From: Tubiluchus corallicola
Lineage: Eukaryota > Animalia > Priapulida
Length of the DNA stretch: 64,000 nucleotides
Direction of reading: 5' to 3'
NCBI GenBank assembly: GCA_030141605.1
Contig: JAQGDQ010000070.1
Coordinates: 558,001-622,000, forward strand
In this document: piece by piece, positions 48,801-63,100 of the stretch
How the letters are laid out: each line of letters opens with the position of its first letter
How positions within the stretch are numbered: the first letter of the stretch is position 1
Notes under the pieces: generated by a model
What the model was told of the DNA's origin: nothing
What the model saw: only the letters and a program-made list of their open reading frames with translations
Databases searched by the model: none
Position numbers and translations under genes: made by a program

Positions 48801-51800
48801 GGAATCCTTAACTTACAAACTTAGAATAGAATACAGTGAAACTTTTCCAACAGTTAGGGAACTATTCTCCTCCAGAAGGCGGCTAGCAAATTTACAATTA
48901 ATTGAAACCTTTGAAATAAAAACCATTAATAATTAAATTATATTCATGAAAACTACAGAGATCAACAACCTAGCAAAAAATCTAAAATTCTGACGATGCC
49001 ACTGTGTTGTTGTTCGTTATCGAAATTCCGGGAACTTGAGTTTGCAAAGGGGATTTTGGGTATAACTGAATTAATATGGTTAAAATTAAGATGTTTTTAA
49101 AAATATTCGTAGATATTAATTTTGATTTAGTCCACTGTATTTTAAGACTGTAGGCGTACTTGTGATTCAGTGTGTGACAGCCTGTGTAATGTTTTACCGT
49201 GGAACTAAAATTCTTTGAATCAGTATTCATGCAGTGAAACAGTGTGAAACTGAAACCCGTACAAAATTCAGTGCACTAACTGAAGATCAGAACAGCAAAC
49301 TAGGATAATTCGTTTTTATTTGATTTTCAGAGGTCCACCAATGCGATACGGGGTACGTAGAGACACAATGTTAAATGGGGTAAGTATCATACTACATTTC
49401 TTTTGCATTTTCTACGTTTGCACATTCTTGATACTTAATGTTGCTGAGTGTAACTGAAATTTTGCAGTAGTGAGAATGCAGTCGGTGTGCTCAATCGTTC
49501 TCATATGAATTGCCTGCATTTTTAAGAAGACCCTTAGAGACTTTTCCGTGTTTTTTTTTCTGGTTTACTGTTTGTCATCTTGCACTTCAGATTTCTGCCA
49601 AAAATTAGCCTACTAGTTAAGCAAAAACAGCAGCTACTGTTGGCTGCTCACTTTAGTGAGAGAAGTAATTTAATAACTATGGCGCATCTAATTAATTTGA
49701 TCTTAGATCTGTGCTGCAGCTGATGTTATAGCTGCTTTTTGTGAGGGTGTGTCTGTTTAAAATGTGGCCTAGTCAAGCATGGCTCTGCTTTTCTTATATT
49801 TTGAACACTTTACACATTTTTGCAGTGCGATATTACTTGTTTTTCAAATTTTTTATATTGAAAATCTCAAAAATTCATATTTTTATTAACATTGCTCATT
49901 ATTTATTAACATTTATACCTTTGTCTAAGCGTGCTGAAAATTTTTAAATGCTAGACCGACGTGGGTATAATGCAGACTCGTGAAACTGAAGAAAGTGATT
50001 TGTTCTGATTGGTTTGTCTGTGTTCAATCAATGAGTGAATCATCGATTATTGTGTTTAATTACTGTCAGTTTGATCAAATGACCATAAAACATGAGTGAA
50101 AACAGATGCAACTCAGCTTTCTGAAATTTTGTTTTTCACTGTTAATTTTGACTAATGACGACACTTTCAGTCGTGACCCTATAGGTGCTTGACATTTAAA
50201 AATAATCTATAAATATCACAAAATTCACAAAGGGTAGAAACCCTTTTTAAATTATAAAAATAAACTTGAAAATGACATCATGAATTGCACCTTTCTTCTA
50301 CTCAGCCTGAAGCTTAATAAAATTCACGTGTTTTCATATTTTGTTTAGCTAGCATTCTTGTTGTAGGCAGCATTTAGGGTGTCGTCTGTATATCTGCTTA
50401 CATGTGTTTTTCTTGCAGCCGCGTCGTGGAGGCTTTTCTGGGAGGGGCGCAGGGTACTCTAGTCGCAGCCCAGGACACCCTCCATCGGCGTCTCCATCGG
50501 TATGGGGTTTTTGGGGGGCATGATTTGGATGCTGAGGGGCTGCTTACAATGCACCCCTCTCGGTTGGCCTCCAAATTTTGCGGGCAGTTTCTTACTTTTT
50601 GCATGTTGTAGTTATTAATCTCATTTCTCATTTTAAAAAAACAAATTTATCACTGGTTTATCAGGTTAACATTCCTCTTGCTCTTGCTGTATAATCATAT
50701 TATGGAATAATATGTGCCTGGACTATTATGCTTCAGCAGCTGCATACAAGCTCATCCTTGCTTTACTGTCCTGTTTTTTCAGACTGAAAAATATGTTTGT
50801 ACTGACCCATAAAAACACCAAGTTAAAACAACTTCTCCATCTAAATTGAGCTATTTTCTAGTTTTAAATCATTCATACTGCCTTTTTATTTGTTTGACAA
50901 ACAAGAATTATGTTTTTTATTGCTGCTTGATTTTTTGTGCTTTACCAAGAAAATTTAATTTTTTTTAGCTTATGCTTATTTAGATTTTCTTATTAATTTT
51001 TAACAACGTAATTATATTATTTTGGTATTTTGTTTATTCTAGATGGTTTTGCAGCACATACTGGCACTGAAACTTTGAGTCAGTGACTGTAATTTTACAC
51101 TACTGTAAATTAAACTGTATGGAGTGCTCACAACTGTGGGACAGAATCGCAGTGGAGGGGCATAATTTTTCAGAATTTCTAATATTGTAAAGCTTTCTTA
51201 CATTTTAATTGACTTCGTATTATGCCTTGATACTATAAGTCCGCATTCATTGAGGTTTCAGATCATTGAAAGTTATAATTGAAATTTACTTTATAAACGA
51301 CTTAATTATTCGATATTGAGTCAATTAGCGGATGCGCAGGAGTGCAATTAGGGCAGGAATGTATGCTGCAAAGCTTTGTATGTGCTGCTGCAGCTTAATT
51401 AATGTGAATTTTTGTTTGAAGATTTATTCCTATCTCATTCATTATCATCGTTTTCATATTGCACCTGCATTTTCTCATTTATAATGGGGTTGCATCAACT
51501 TAGGCAGATTCTGTCCTGTGCCATTTCCTTCTTTATCCTCCTGCTCCACAGAAAGCAAAAGGTACTACATTTGCTGCCTGTTGCATGTTTCAGATAAAGT
51601 AACTTTGTAATTTTGATTAGGATGAAGCTCTTGCATTAAATATATTCCTAACAGAGATGTCTCTGAAAATAATGAGTTCTTTTGTAAGCATCAGAGTATT
51701 CACCATCTGGCTTTCCACGGTCTTGGGCTCACTGGTGTTGCAAAATCTCTCCGCATATTTTTTTCAGTTTGACTGTCAAATTTTGCTGTTTTTTCTCAAT

Positions 51801-53921
51801 TTAAGAAATTTGCTGTTTTTTAGAATAGATAGTCTAGACAAGTAGAAGTAAAATAAGTTTATCTTCAAACATCAACACATTAAATTACTTAAACGTAATT
51901 ATAAGTAGGTGTCCATGAACTGTTCGTTCTATTTAGTTTTTGTTTTTTAGCTCAGCTTTTCTCTAACTTAAGCAGAGCTGTTCATTGCATTAATAATATG
52001 TTTTTTAATATTCTTTCTGACATTCGAAAACTCTTTGTGGTCAAATACGGGGGGACCTTCTGTGCTGTAGTTCACTTTTATGTTTTCTGTTTTAAAAGTA
52101 TGCAATTGCAAGGTAACACAGTTGAGTACTATTTAATTTTCTTTTTTCAGTCCTATGCTGATTATATGAAGGAACTGAATTATAGAAACTCAACTTCAGG
52201 TCCCAGCCATCCTAATATGGTATGTACCACTATTTCTATAACTTCGCTACACAATTTTAAAGAGAATATTTTCCCCCGACCAGTTGTAATACTGTAGGTA
52301 CATGCGACATGAAGCATTTAGTATTTAGACTAAATTGCTCGAAATTTATGTACTCTAGCTGTGGTAAAGTTAATTAAAGCAAAATAATTTTACTTTGGTG
52401 GTTGCTTCATTTATCATTTAATATGAATCCTACAATAAATTAAACAGCACAACTTTTAGTTCACAGTGACATGCCTTTTCTTGAAGAACTTTTTAGTAAC
52501 TACAAATCTTTCCATTAAGAATGATATCTGTGTCAGTCATTTATCTATTTGAATACAGCAATGCCTTAAGTATAAAACTACTGTTGACTTCTTCAGACCT
52601 GCCAAGCGTTTGATGTAAAAATGAATGTGAAATATAGAAAACCATTGGGGTTCACCTCGCCTCTGGCATGCTTGTTATTTCTAGTCCAAGAGCAAATGGA
52701 AAATACCAAACTGCTTATTAATTTTTCTAGGGACCGTATGGATACATGGATCCTACGACACCATACGATCGACCATCAAACTTCGGCCGTTCCGGACCGT
52801 CAGGCTTCGAAATGTCGAGACGAGCTGCTTTAGCCGAAAAACGATCTGTAAGTTTGTGCATTTCGTTTAGTAAACGATTTTTGGTAATTAGCTGTCTAAT
52901 AAAAGCGATAGAGGTCAGGCAGTTGGTCTTTCAAAGAAGTACTGAAATTGTTAGTACAGCTTGCTAATCTAGCAATTAATACATTTGCTACATTCAATGA
53001 GAATGGTGTTGATATGATAAGGTGCTTCATGCAGACCGCTTTCTTTTACTGTCTTGTTGATGGAATAGTTAGCCGCAAGTGACTATTTCCTTTTTGTTTC
53101 AATGCCTGTCTGCATGGGATTTTGGATAAGGGCACAAGCGTGCTCTTCTATTTAACAGAGATGCAATGATTAGTTTGTCAAACTTTCTTGGAAGTAGCTC
53201 ACAAGCAACTACACACTGGTCCTGAACAGACTAAAAGTTTTATCTCTGTCAGCATCATCTTGTTTACAAATGATCGTTTTCTGAGTAGCGTTGTACACCA
53301 TCAAGTCTACTTGCACTTTAATTTGTTAATATACATAAAAGCTTGTGAAATTGCTTCTCTAAACAAAATAATGCTGAAAGTTCAGCATGGATAATTGTAT
53401 TAAATCATCTTTTATTAATATAATGTAGACGTTTTCATAAATAGGTCCAGAAACTTCATTCAGCAGTCGCTGACAATACGCAAGTAACAATGAAAATGGA
53501 GAAGGGAAACGGATGAATGTGTTTACATAAATGTATATAATTATAGAGCATCATTATTGGAATGCTAGAAAAGTTAATGCTAAAAAATCATGAAGTATTT
53601 AATTGTATGAATTTGCATAAAAACAAGTACTATACAAACCAGTTTTAATTATCTGTGTTTTGACTAGTTGTTAATTTGATGAGCGGGAGATTATCCCATA
53701 CATTCGTCTTTGGCCTGAAAAGTTGAAAGCGAAGACCATATATTAGTTCTGTGCAAGACATGTCAAAAATTGCAATTTTTCACTAACTTTGGCAAGCTAT
53801 TTTAACAATTCATTTTTTGCAGTATGAAAGATCAGTAGATGACTTTTTACGTCGCACGAAGCAGTCGCACAGTCTACGACGAAGCCCGGATCGTGATCGG
53901 CGTTATCGTGATCGACACTAA
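36362..53921 (+). CDS. YTHDC1: YTH domain-containing protein 1 (nuclear m6A reader), ~698 aa, 20 coding exons
   Basis: Exons 36362-36428, 37043-37147, 37924-38093, 38424-38550, 39161-39334, 39889-39969, 40710-40811, 42434-42565, 43668-43792, 44051-44159, 44403-44520, 44659-44743, 45529-45698, 47684-47757, 48210-48252, 49331-49379, 50419-50499, 52151-52219, 52731-52847, 53823-53921 in frame. Motifs: [29 protein letters not shown] domain ([72 protein letters not shown]), [23 protein letters not shown]. Confidence 0.95.
39790..39850 (-). mobile_element. tRNA-derived SINE head
   Basis: Reverse complement contains GGGTTCGATTTCCAGGGGAGG (B-box/T-arm). Confidence 0.45.
42818..42885. repeat. (TATG)n microsatellite
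   Basis: About 12 tandem TATG units, then TATGTG variants. Confidence 0.95.
46990..47396. mobile_element. Palindromic element made of two divergent tRNA-like arms
   Basis: Minus arm 47060-47125 and plus arm 47260-47330 both read GGGGCTGTGT...CTGGTTCAAATCCA, followed by CACATTTC..CTTCCAG..TTGCGG tails; 134-nt spacer. Confidence 0.7.
51398..51886. mobile_element. MITE-like element with ~26-bp imperfect inverted ends
   Basis: AATTAATGTG..TGTTTGAAGAT mirrors ATCTTCAAACA..CACATTAAATT. Confidence 0.4.
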
Positions 53922-55240
53922 AGCTTTCTTCATGACTTCATGGCTAATAATACTGCTTGTGTTTTGTTTTATGTGGTTACACATGATTGTGCTTTTTTAT
54001 TACACCTGTGCTGACATCTAGTATTTATTAGATAGATTTTCATCTAAACTCACTTTACGCTACTACTTGTGCAGCAAGAAACGGCTACATTTAGTGTCTA
54101 ATGAAAGCTATTCATGGAATTTACCGTGAAACTGTACACAGCATAGCTACTGACTACCAGAGAAGCGCTTAAAATCGCTAATGTCAGTTCCAGCCTGGTC
54201 ATATTTTCAATTTCTTTAATCAATTGTAATAATGGTAACAGGCATAGAAAAACCCCTTAATGTGAAATTGTGCAACATTTGCAGTCAATTGAATGACTTG
54301 GTGTTATATAACTAAAACACTAAATTTATCGGAAAAGCTAAAACCTGTTTTTTTTCCTTAATATGAAGAGCAAAGTTTCTTTTCTGTGTAACTTGAAGTG
54401 TCTTTCGCCAGTGTAAATGGCATTACTAATGGTATAGGCCTAAGCATTACAATAATATTAATTTTGCATAACCATTACAGTCAGAAATTGTATGTACTTT
54501 TGTTGTATATATGACTTGTATGTTTGAAAAATGATGTGTGCATTTAAGATATGAACAATTGTTGTTTTAGTATATTTCATTATAATGCACAGTATGGCAG
54601 AGTTTGCTTGTCTTTCTGTTTTTAATCTTCATGCCAGTGAACAATATTAAGTAGCTGTCATGTCATTTCTCTGTTGTTTATTGGACTAGAGCTTTAGTTA
54701 ATTCTGTTATGTTACACTGGTCATATGTTACGGTAATGTAGCAGACAATATTAATTGCCATTGTATTTGCAGCAAAGCAATTTTATTTGCCCTACTGAGA
54801 TACACAGTTTTGTAAAATTGGCCTGACTAATGTCATTGTTTTGTTACTCTGTAGTTGGGATAACAGCTATACATTGCAGATGGAGTGATAAGGATATGAA
54901 TGTTCAATTGCGCATGCATGTGTGCCTGTTCAGTGGCACAAACCCTGAATTATTACTACAGAGTATACTTCTTTTGAATGTTTTCCAATAACACTTATTA
55001 CATAATATGAGCTTGTGTACATTTTAAATTTTCTGTTTGTTGGTGGTAACCATTACATTGTACCATTTGTTAAAACAGCCAAAAGCTCACTGCAGCAAAC
55101 TCATGTGTTTGGAACATCTCCCTCCTTTTGTACTTCAAATGTTTTTGAAAGTTGTTTAAGGTCTTGTAAAAATCTTGCATTTTTTAAATGGATCGTTATT
55201 AAATGATAATTTAAAACGTAACCTAGGTTATTATTATAGA

Positions 55241-55246
55241 AATAAA
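55241..55246 (+). terminator. Candidate poly(A) signal of YTHDC1
   Basis: AATAAA ~1.3 kb after the stop codon, followed by a GT/T-rich tract. Confidence 0.55.
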
Positions 55247-56135
55247 AAACTTTATTGAGATTTTATAAAATTTTTGCTGTTGCTTTTGTCTTTATTGGTG
55301 TTTGGCTTCTAATAGAATTAATACTCATTATCTGAAAAATTGTCACTTTAGCCAGTAGTTGTGACTCTCAAACTTCTGTAAAATCCTATAACCTTGTCAA
55401 TCCTAACTTTTCACGAGAAAAGACCTTTAAATTACATACAGGGTAGTATGGGAAACTATATGTAGTGGAAGTACAAAAGACAAAAAACTTTGTGATGTGT
55501 ATTCCCTAAAAAAAACTATAGGTAATCTTAACTCTATCTAAACTGGATCTTCTAAGTAGAACCTTTCAGACATTGATAATTCTGTATGAAAGGAAATACT
55601 TCTTCCTCAAAACAGTTCTGTTTAAATAAAAAAATTAAAGGATGAATCCTGTACCAATATTTTGAATTTGTGTTTCCACAACATTTGCCACTTTCCTCAT
55701 TTTGCCAAAAGGTACTAATTCATTCACATTCCTTCAAACATACGTGTGGGCAATGATTAATGCTACTTTTGCAGTACATCTTACATATTTTATTGTTTAA
55801 TTTCATCTACGCTGACTAAATTTCCTCTTGCAAGTTTGTAAGCAATTACAAAAAATTTGTGGCAAGTTTTAAAAAGTTTATCTAAGTATATGTATTCCCA
55901 CATAAGTTTGCATAATGTGCAAATTTAAAAAAAAGTAATTTCTCTTAAAACTCTCCCTTAAAACTGATTACTGACACTTAGTTGAGTACAGTCACCTCAA
56001 TATACTTGCTAGTATTTGTTTATGTTATGCAAATATATATATAGGCTGTTATAAGTGGTCATTCTAGTCAGTGTAGGTACTAGGTACAGCGTATATAAAC
56101 TGCCAGTTGATGTATGATATAAACTGATTCACGCA

Positions 56136-56170
56136 CTGAAGATGACTGCTGTAACGTAGTCGAAACGTTA
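56136..56170 (+). ncRNA. Hammerhead-ribozyme-like core (Penelope/retrozyme-type minimal HHR), probably degenerate
   Basis: CTGAAGA-T, stem II GACTGC/GTAGTC with loop TGTAAC, then GAAA and the palindromic AACGTT; no convincing stem I. Confidence 0.55.
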
Positions 56171-57109
56171 GGACTGTTTTCTGAAGCTCTTAACAATGAA
56201 GTTTTTTCTGTATAAGGACAAGTGTTTTTTTTCTATATAAAATGGCTAGGTTTTAAACCATTTGCTGAAGAAGGTGCTACTAATGGCATCGGGATAAACG
56301 TTCCCTGGGTTTAAAGGAAGACAGGATGAGTCTTCATATTTTTAGGTAAACGTGTACATTTTAACACCAATAATAATGGAAAGCGTTCTAATAGTAAAAA
56401 TAGATTAAAATCTTAATTAACGACGGGCGAGCCCATGCAACTATTGATGACACCACAAACGAACATACCTTTCAACAGCAAGAATATTCCACGAGCATGC
56501 TGCGCGTGTTTGTGAAAGAGAAAATTGAAGTACAGTACTTGCTACTATAAGAGATTTAGTGTGGTGTAATAAAATTTGACAAGTTTTAAGATAAAAATTC
56601 AAATTTCAAATTTACCGCTGTTCTCACGCATAAGCTGCCGAACGTGTGCAGTATGTCAGAAACGAACACATCTGAACTGAGAAGTACAACATCTGTTTTT
56701 TTTGTGCAATGCGTTTCCGAAATGCAGGCGCTAGTGCCCGTCTAACTAGAGAATTGAGAAAATACATGTACATGTAAGAGCGTAGAAACAGTGGCGCGAA
56801 CGCGAAATTGCGTTTGTGTGGTAATAATTCTTTCTCGTAAGGCATTCCGAAAAAATAGTGCGCCTCCTTTCAATATTTTATAAAGAGTAGATTATTTTGA
56901 CTTACAGTTTAAGATTGGGTCCGGTTTTGCTTGAATGTAGCCCGGCGATGTTGTTACTTCATGTCTCAATCTAACCCTAACCACGAGTGCCTGAGGTGCG
57001 GGATAACTTGTAAAAGCGAAGAGGTTTTGTAGAGGATTATTAATTTCGTAAACTCAAAATTCGTATTCCACTTTCTGCTTATTTACTTCACAATAATAAA
57101 TTCTACGAA

Positions 57110-60100
57110 ATGGAATTGGAAAACCAGGAAAAGGATCATCTTTATGACGTAGTTAAAGAACTAGAAACGGCTTTGGGCTGTGATGTCACATTTCTTCACA
57201 AAACTACCGGAGGCATAGTCAATGATTCTTATGCTTTTAACAGCAAAAAATATGGAAAACTGTTCGTGAAAATGAACAGAAGAGTTAACGATTCAATCTG
57301 TGAAGTAAGAATGCTAAGAGACGTATCTGTAATCGATAATCGATGTATATACGATGTATATATCGTCGATGTATACGTAATTAGGCCCTATATGTAGTTA
57401 TGGCAAGTTTCAATAATTGGTGTTTCATAAATTAATGCCCATCTACGAACTAGTGAAACCACAAAGGTAAAAATATTTCAATTTTGAATTAAAAAGTAGT
57501 TTCTTTTCATTATCTCATAATCTTCTTAATACTGAACATCGCTATGCAGTGTTCAGTAATTAAAATCACTGTTTAATGTTAGCACTTCACTTCCAAATTG
57601 TGTACCGATGTGCAATACCTCCAAAGTGCAAGAAAATGGTTTTATTCTTCGTGCGAAACCAGAGACAATAAAAACTATAGTTTAGTGCACATTAGTATCC
57701 ATAGCATGCATCTAAAACCCATTTCAGTGAATTCTACACTAGTACTGTCTCAAGTGTGCCTCCAGGGAAGACCTAAAGTGCACTACTGATAGCATGCGGA
57801 AAAATGCTCATTTTGTAGTTTTGAGTACTGCGCTACACCCGTACATACACTGGCTAGATTGCGTGCTTGTTTTGTCTCTCTACTAGATCTCATGACATAT
57901 AGTCGGATTTTAACTGCCTTCAGTCCATGGACACTGGACAGAACTCTAGAATAAACTCAGCTGAGATATTTTTCTCCGTTATTGTAGCATATGCCATCCC
58001 TACTCATGAAACAAACGTGTCACGCTAAGATGTTATCCTATATTCTATCACCACAATTCTTGCCAATACTCTCTGAACCTTCTAGATTTTTCCTGGATAT
58101 GATTCTTTTAATACAAATCCCATGCTGTGCTAAGAATATTAGAGTTTGAGCCATACCAGTGTGTTGTGTGCTATAGCCTTGACATTTCATTTGCTGAATT
58201 TGTTGTGTTATCAGTGTGGTCCTTGAACCATCCTTCCAATGAAATTCATGACAGAATTTAACACCCAGACAGTGATGTGTTGAACTGAAGAAAGTTGGTT
58301 TCTTACGGTAGTGGTGCCTTGCTTGCAGGACGTCTGTTTCACGTGACTGTTCCATAATCCTTTTCAAATTGAAGACAAGGTGTACTGCTTCGAATCGAAC
58401 TGCTGCAGTTTTAATTAATGTCCATGCAAAAATACTACAAAATTAGCCATTTAATCTTTTGTAAAAACTTATTATACTTTAAATGGAACCAGTGCACTGC
58501 TTTCCTTCAGACGATGAACGACATCATTGGTGGATGAAAAGGCGTCCAAAATTTGAGTACCAAAGCATGCAATGACCGTGACTTTAAAGTGATTTTACTA
58601 ATTACAACGTGCTTATCACACTTTTATTGCTAAAGCCTCACATTTTTCGCAAACACTGAAATGATCCCAATTTCCCAGAAGGCTTGCCCTTTCCTTTAAA
58701 GGCCAGCCTTTCGTTGTGAAAGAAAATCTGTTTTGCTACAATTTTAATTTAATCTGTAATAATTCTTCTAAATCTAACAGTATAATAATAACAACAAGTA
58801 CATTAAGTTTTTAATGAAAATGAAAATTTAGGTTAGTCACAGACTTACTGTCTTAAATATGCATGCGTAAGACATTTAAGTACAGTACATCCTAAGTGTA
58901 CTTTTTAATTATAGTGAGTTAGATACTTAATTGTAGAGCATTTATTTTATTTATAGGATCTTCATTTAGATCTCTTGCAAGCTGAGCTTGAAAGTTTGAA
59001 ACATGTCCACGCGACACATACATTTAGAACACCACAACCAGTTAAGGTGAGAACTGACTGCGTCTATACCTAATTAATTGTTAGAACTGTGCTACATGCA
59101 TTTCTTTCCAAAGCCAGTGTAATTTTGCATGTTTGTGTTTTTGCAAAACTAATGCCAGTGATTGCTAATTGGTTTGAATTTCTCTATCCTTTGACAGTTA
59201 AACTCACACTTGATATAGGCTGTATTTAACTTTGGCCTTTAAAACGTATAACATGATATATGCTTATAATTAATTGGTAACTGTTAGAAAACTTTTCTAG
59301 AAAAGATCAAGTATTGCGTAGTTTTTTTGAACTGTGAAGGGTTAGGGTTAGTGTTTTTACGCATATTTCATTTTTAAGTAAGATGCAAGTTTTTTGTGAC
59401 ATTTGCATTTTAACTTGAACTGACCATTTTAATTTGCCTGGAGCTTAACTCTATTGCACTTAGAAAAAATATCTTTGCAGTAAGTTAAATGGTTGTCAGT
59501 TTTGTAAAAGTAATAATTTTACATATTTTTGCAGTTAATAGATTCATGTAAACCATCCCTACTTGTACTGGAATATGTTGACATGAAGCCAATAGAAAAA
59601 TACTGGACTGAGGCAGGTACTCAACTGGCCAGGTTTGTGCAATTTACTTTTAATGTTTGATGATGTACTGTATTTTTTTCTTTCACGCCGGAATTTGCAC
59701 TCATTATTTTCTGGCTTTTGCATTCCAGGACTTGGCACTGAATGATGCCAAGTTTGTTCCAACTGATGAAGTTGTCATATTTAACTGCAGTAACTAGAGC
59801 GTAGAGATGCTTGCCGAGCTTTCTTTTGATAAATGCACAAGAATGGTTTTGGCCCTAATAATATTCTATAAGCTTGGACTATAGGAATGTATCATTTATT
59901 TCTACAAACAGTGGGAAAAGGTAAAAGGAAATATGCTTTAGTTTTATAATCTGAAATGATCAACATTAAAAAGCTGTTATAGTAAGTATTAGCTATTTCC
60001 ATTACCTTTTCAACTAGACACAACTGTAGTAACACGTGAGTTTGCTGCATGCCTACACATCTCTGAAGCCACCAGCCTCTAAGCTACTTATTAACGTATA

Positions 60101-63100
60101 TTAATCTTTATTGTAGGTTGCATTTACATAATATTAGAAGACTTCAGAAAAAAGACAATTGTTCTTCTCTTCATTACAAAGAGTCGCCTTTCTTGGCAGA
60201 TAAATTCGGTTTTCCACGCACAACGTATGCTGGAATTCATCCAGTTGACAACACGTGGAGTAATAGCTGGATTGTATGTAGTTAATTTTAATACTTTTCT
60301 CATGTGACCAATCCTTCAAATCTAACGCTTAGATATTCCAGTACCATTGTCTGGCTAAAGGCTCCTAATTTTTAATATTAACTACACCGTTCTGTGTTAA
60401 TTAACTTGCATATTTTAGTTTGAATAGAAATTAAATAAAACTTTATTAGTAAGCATGAAACATGCTGTGGTACCAAACTGCTGGGTTTATAAGGGAATTT
60501 TAAGCTTAAAGAGGCCTTTTAGGCACAGCAATTCATTTGGTTTGCATTGGGTTCATTGTGTGAACCATGCTGAAGCATCTGTTGCATGCTGAAGGTAAAG
60601 TGCCACGCAGCTTGTTTGAAGCAAGTAAACAAAAACTGTTGTTACCGTGCATAATATGTTTGCTGCAATTTTTTGTTGTTCGATGAAAAATCTCCAACAT
60701 TTTCACTGTTGGGTTTAACTAATTTTGTGAACTCTTAATATTTTTTCTACAGGAACTTTTTGCAAGAACTAGATTAAAACCAGAATTCGACATAATAGAA
60801 GCTCAGGTACTCTAACTAAATATATTGCACTTATTAAAACAGCTGAAAACACTCTTTCATTTTTCTCTAATAACCTTGTACAAGTTTATTTTACATTGTT
60901 AGCATGTAATTTCTTTGATCATTTTAAAGCCTGTCTTCACTACTTATCTAAAGGAACTTCGTATCAATTTAGCTGCTTTTGATCTTTTAAAGTGCCACTA
61001 TGCAGTATTTGGAGAGTTTTCTATATACATTGTGCACGTAATGAGTATATCCCACACATGCGCACGATAACTAACAACAATTTTTTTGACAACAAACTTA
61101 GGTGAGGCATAACATCCCAGAATAGCCTAGTGTATGCATACCATCCCTTTTGAATTGATAAGCAGGGCTGAAAGGCATAGTAGGTCATTGGCTTCGGGCC
61201 CATGGGATGTGGTCCACAGTGTACCAGCATAAAACCTTGTTTAATGTATTTGTATAATTTATACATATAATATATTCAAAATCGTAAGGACCCCTGTTCC
61301 ATGAGCATAGATCCTAGAGACCCTATATAGGGACTTGCATTGGGCCCTATACCATAAGTGTAGACCGTATTTCTGTAAATTTGGGGGCCCACTGATGAGT
61401 TTGGCCTAGGGCCCGTAAGTATGTAAATCCAGCTCTGTCAATAAGCAAACTATCTAGAAGAAAAAGAGAACATCAAAGCAAGCATGACTAGTCATCCCAT
61501 CTGGGATGTAAAAATCATAAAGTAAGGATTTGATAAGTTAAGTTGATCAACTACTAGAACAAGAAAATTTTTCTAATTAAATTAGTGCTTAACAAACAAT
61601 AACAATAGAAGGTTGATTAAATCCAAAATTTCATGTAGTAACACTTATTAATCTTAGCAACGGCAAAATGGGGTTTATGTTGTTGCATCCGGTATCTGCA
61701 TAAGTATTAATGTTTTTATCAACATCTTCTGTTTCAACAGTATGGAGACAGAGAAGTGAGTGAATTGTGGGCAGAGGCTCAGTTCAAGTTAGACTTACCA
61801 TTTAGAAATGTGGAAATTTTACCCGCTCTTTTACACGGTGACTTCTGCATGATTAACATCGGTGAAACAGAAAAGGAACCAGGTAAAAATGTTTAGCCTT
61901 TCTATTAGCAATTTGTTACTGCTTAGCCAATTGCAACATATTAGATGCGCAGCAAAAATATGCCAAAATTTAGACTACAATAATATTAGAAGCAAGTGCC
62001 CTTCAAAGATGGAATTTCACAGTTTAATGTCAGGGCATCTTAACAGCATTACAGACACCTGGGCAAAGCAGTGCACAGGAGTTCCAACCTATACAACCAC
62101 TCACAAGGTAAAAAATGTAAATGGTCCATAAAATTAAACATGTACATTTATTGTATTGGTACTTCCAACAAAATCAGTGTGTAAACATTAAAGAACATGG
62201 TGTACAGCAAAAATTAATCAACACAGATGTTGATTAGTTAATGTACAATATAACATGAGCATCGAAAAACACATACATAGACCCGGGCAACTGCATACTG
62301 TGGCCATGCGTTAGATGGCCCTGAGTTTAATATGTTCAGTACATAGTAAATGACTGTGAAAGTTACAAGTTTATAGCTTTAGTAGTCTTAAGTTATGGCC
62401 AAAAAGCTTTTGCATGTTAAAAATTTAGCTAATCAGCTATTGAAAAATATCCACGTTGACGAACATATAAAGCACTCAATAGATATAAAGCAAAACGACA
62501 AAGAAATCAACCAATTCTTACATCACGAAAAGATAAAATACTTATAAAGCTTTGTTATCAAGATAAAATGGGACCACTGGACTGCGATATAGGAATTTAC
62601 TTGAAGAAAAAAATGTACGATGTCCACACTGAGCTATCCGATGCACGAAAAGGAAAAATTGTTGATTGCTTAATGCCCAAATTTTTAGTAAAACAAAATG
62701 TCTATATTTCCATAGACATGTACGTGTTAATGCACCTTGTTATAATACCACACTCCTTGTAATGCCAACTTTTTTGCAGTCCAAAAGTTGGCGATATAAA
62801 GAGGTTTCAATATTAGATAGTTGATTGATTGCTTTGCTACTCAGTGTTAGTCTAGAAAATACATAGGCAAAAATTGCCTTCAAAAAGGACTACATAGACA
62901 TCAAAATAGACAAAATTAAGGCAAATATGAATCCATCATTTTGTGCATTCTTTGACTAAAGTAAACTGCAACTATGTCTACAGTAGAAAAATTGCATTGA
63001 AATCATATTGCACAGTTTTCCAAGGAAATGTGTGTCTGAGTGTAATTTTTACTGTTTGACAATCTTGTTATTTCTTTAGTGACTTTCGACTGCCAAAGCG

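Noticed and set aside
56971-56982. CTAACCCTAACC telomere-like seed (also GGGTTAGGGTTAG at ~59338)
   Set aside because: Only two units; too short to call an interstitial telomere or a Helitron-derived element.
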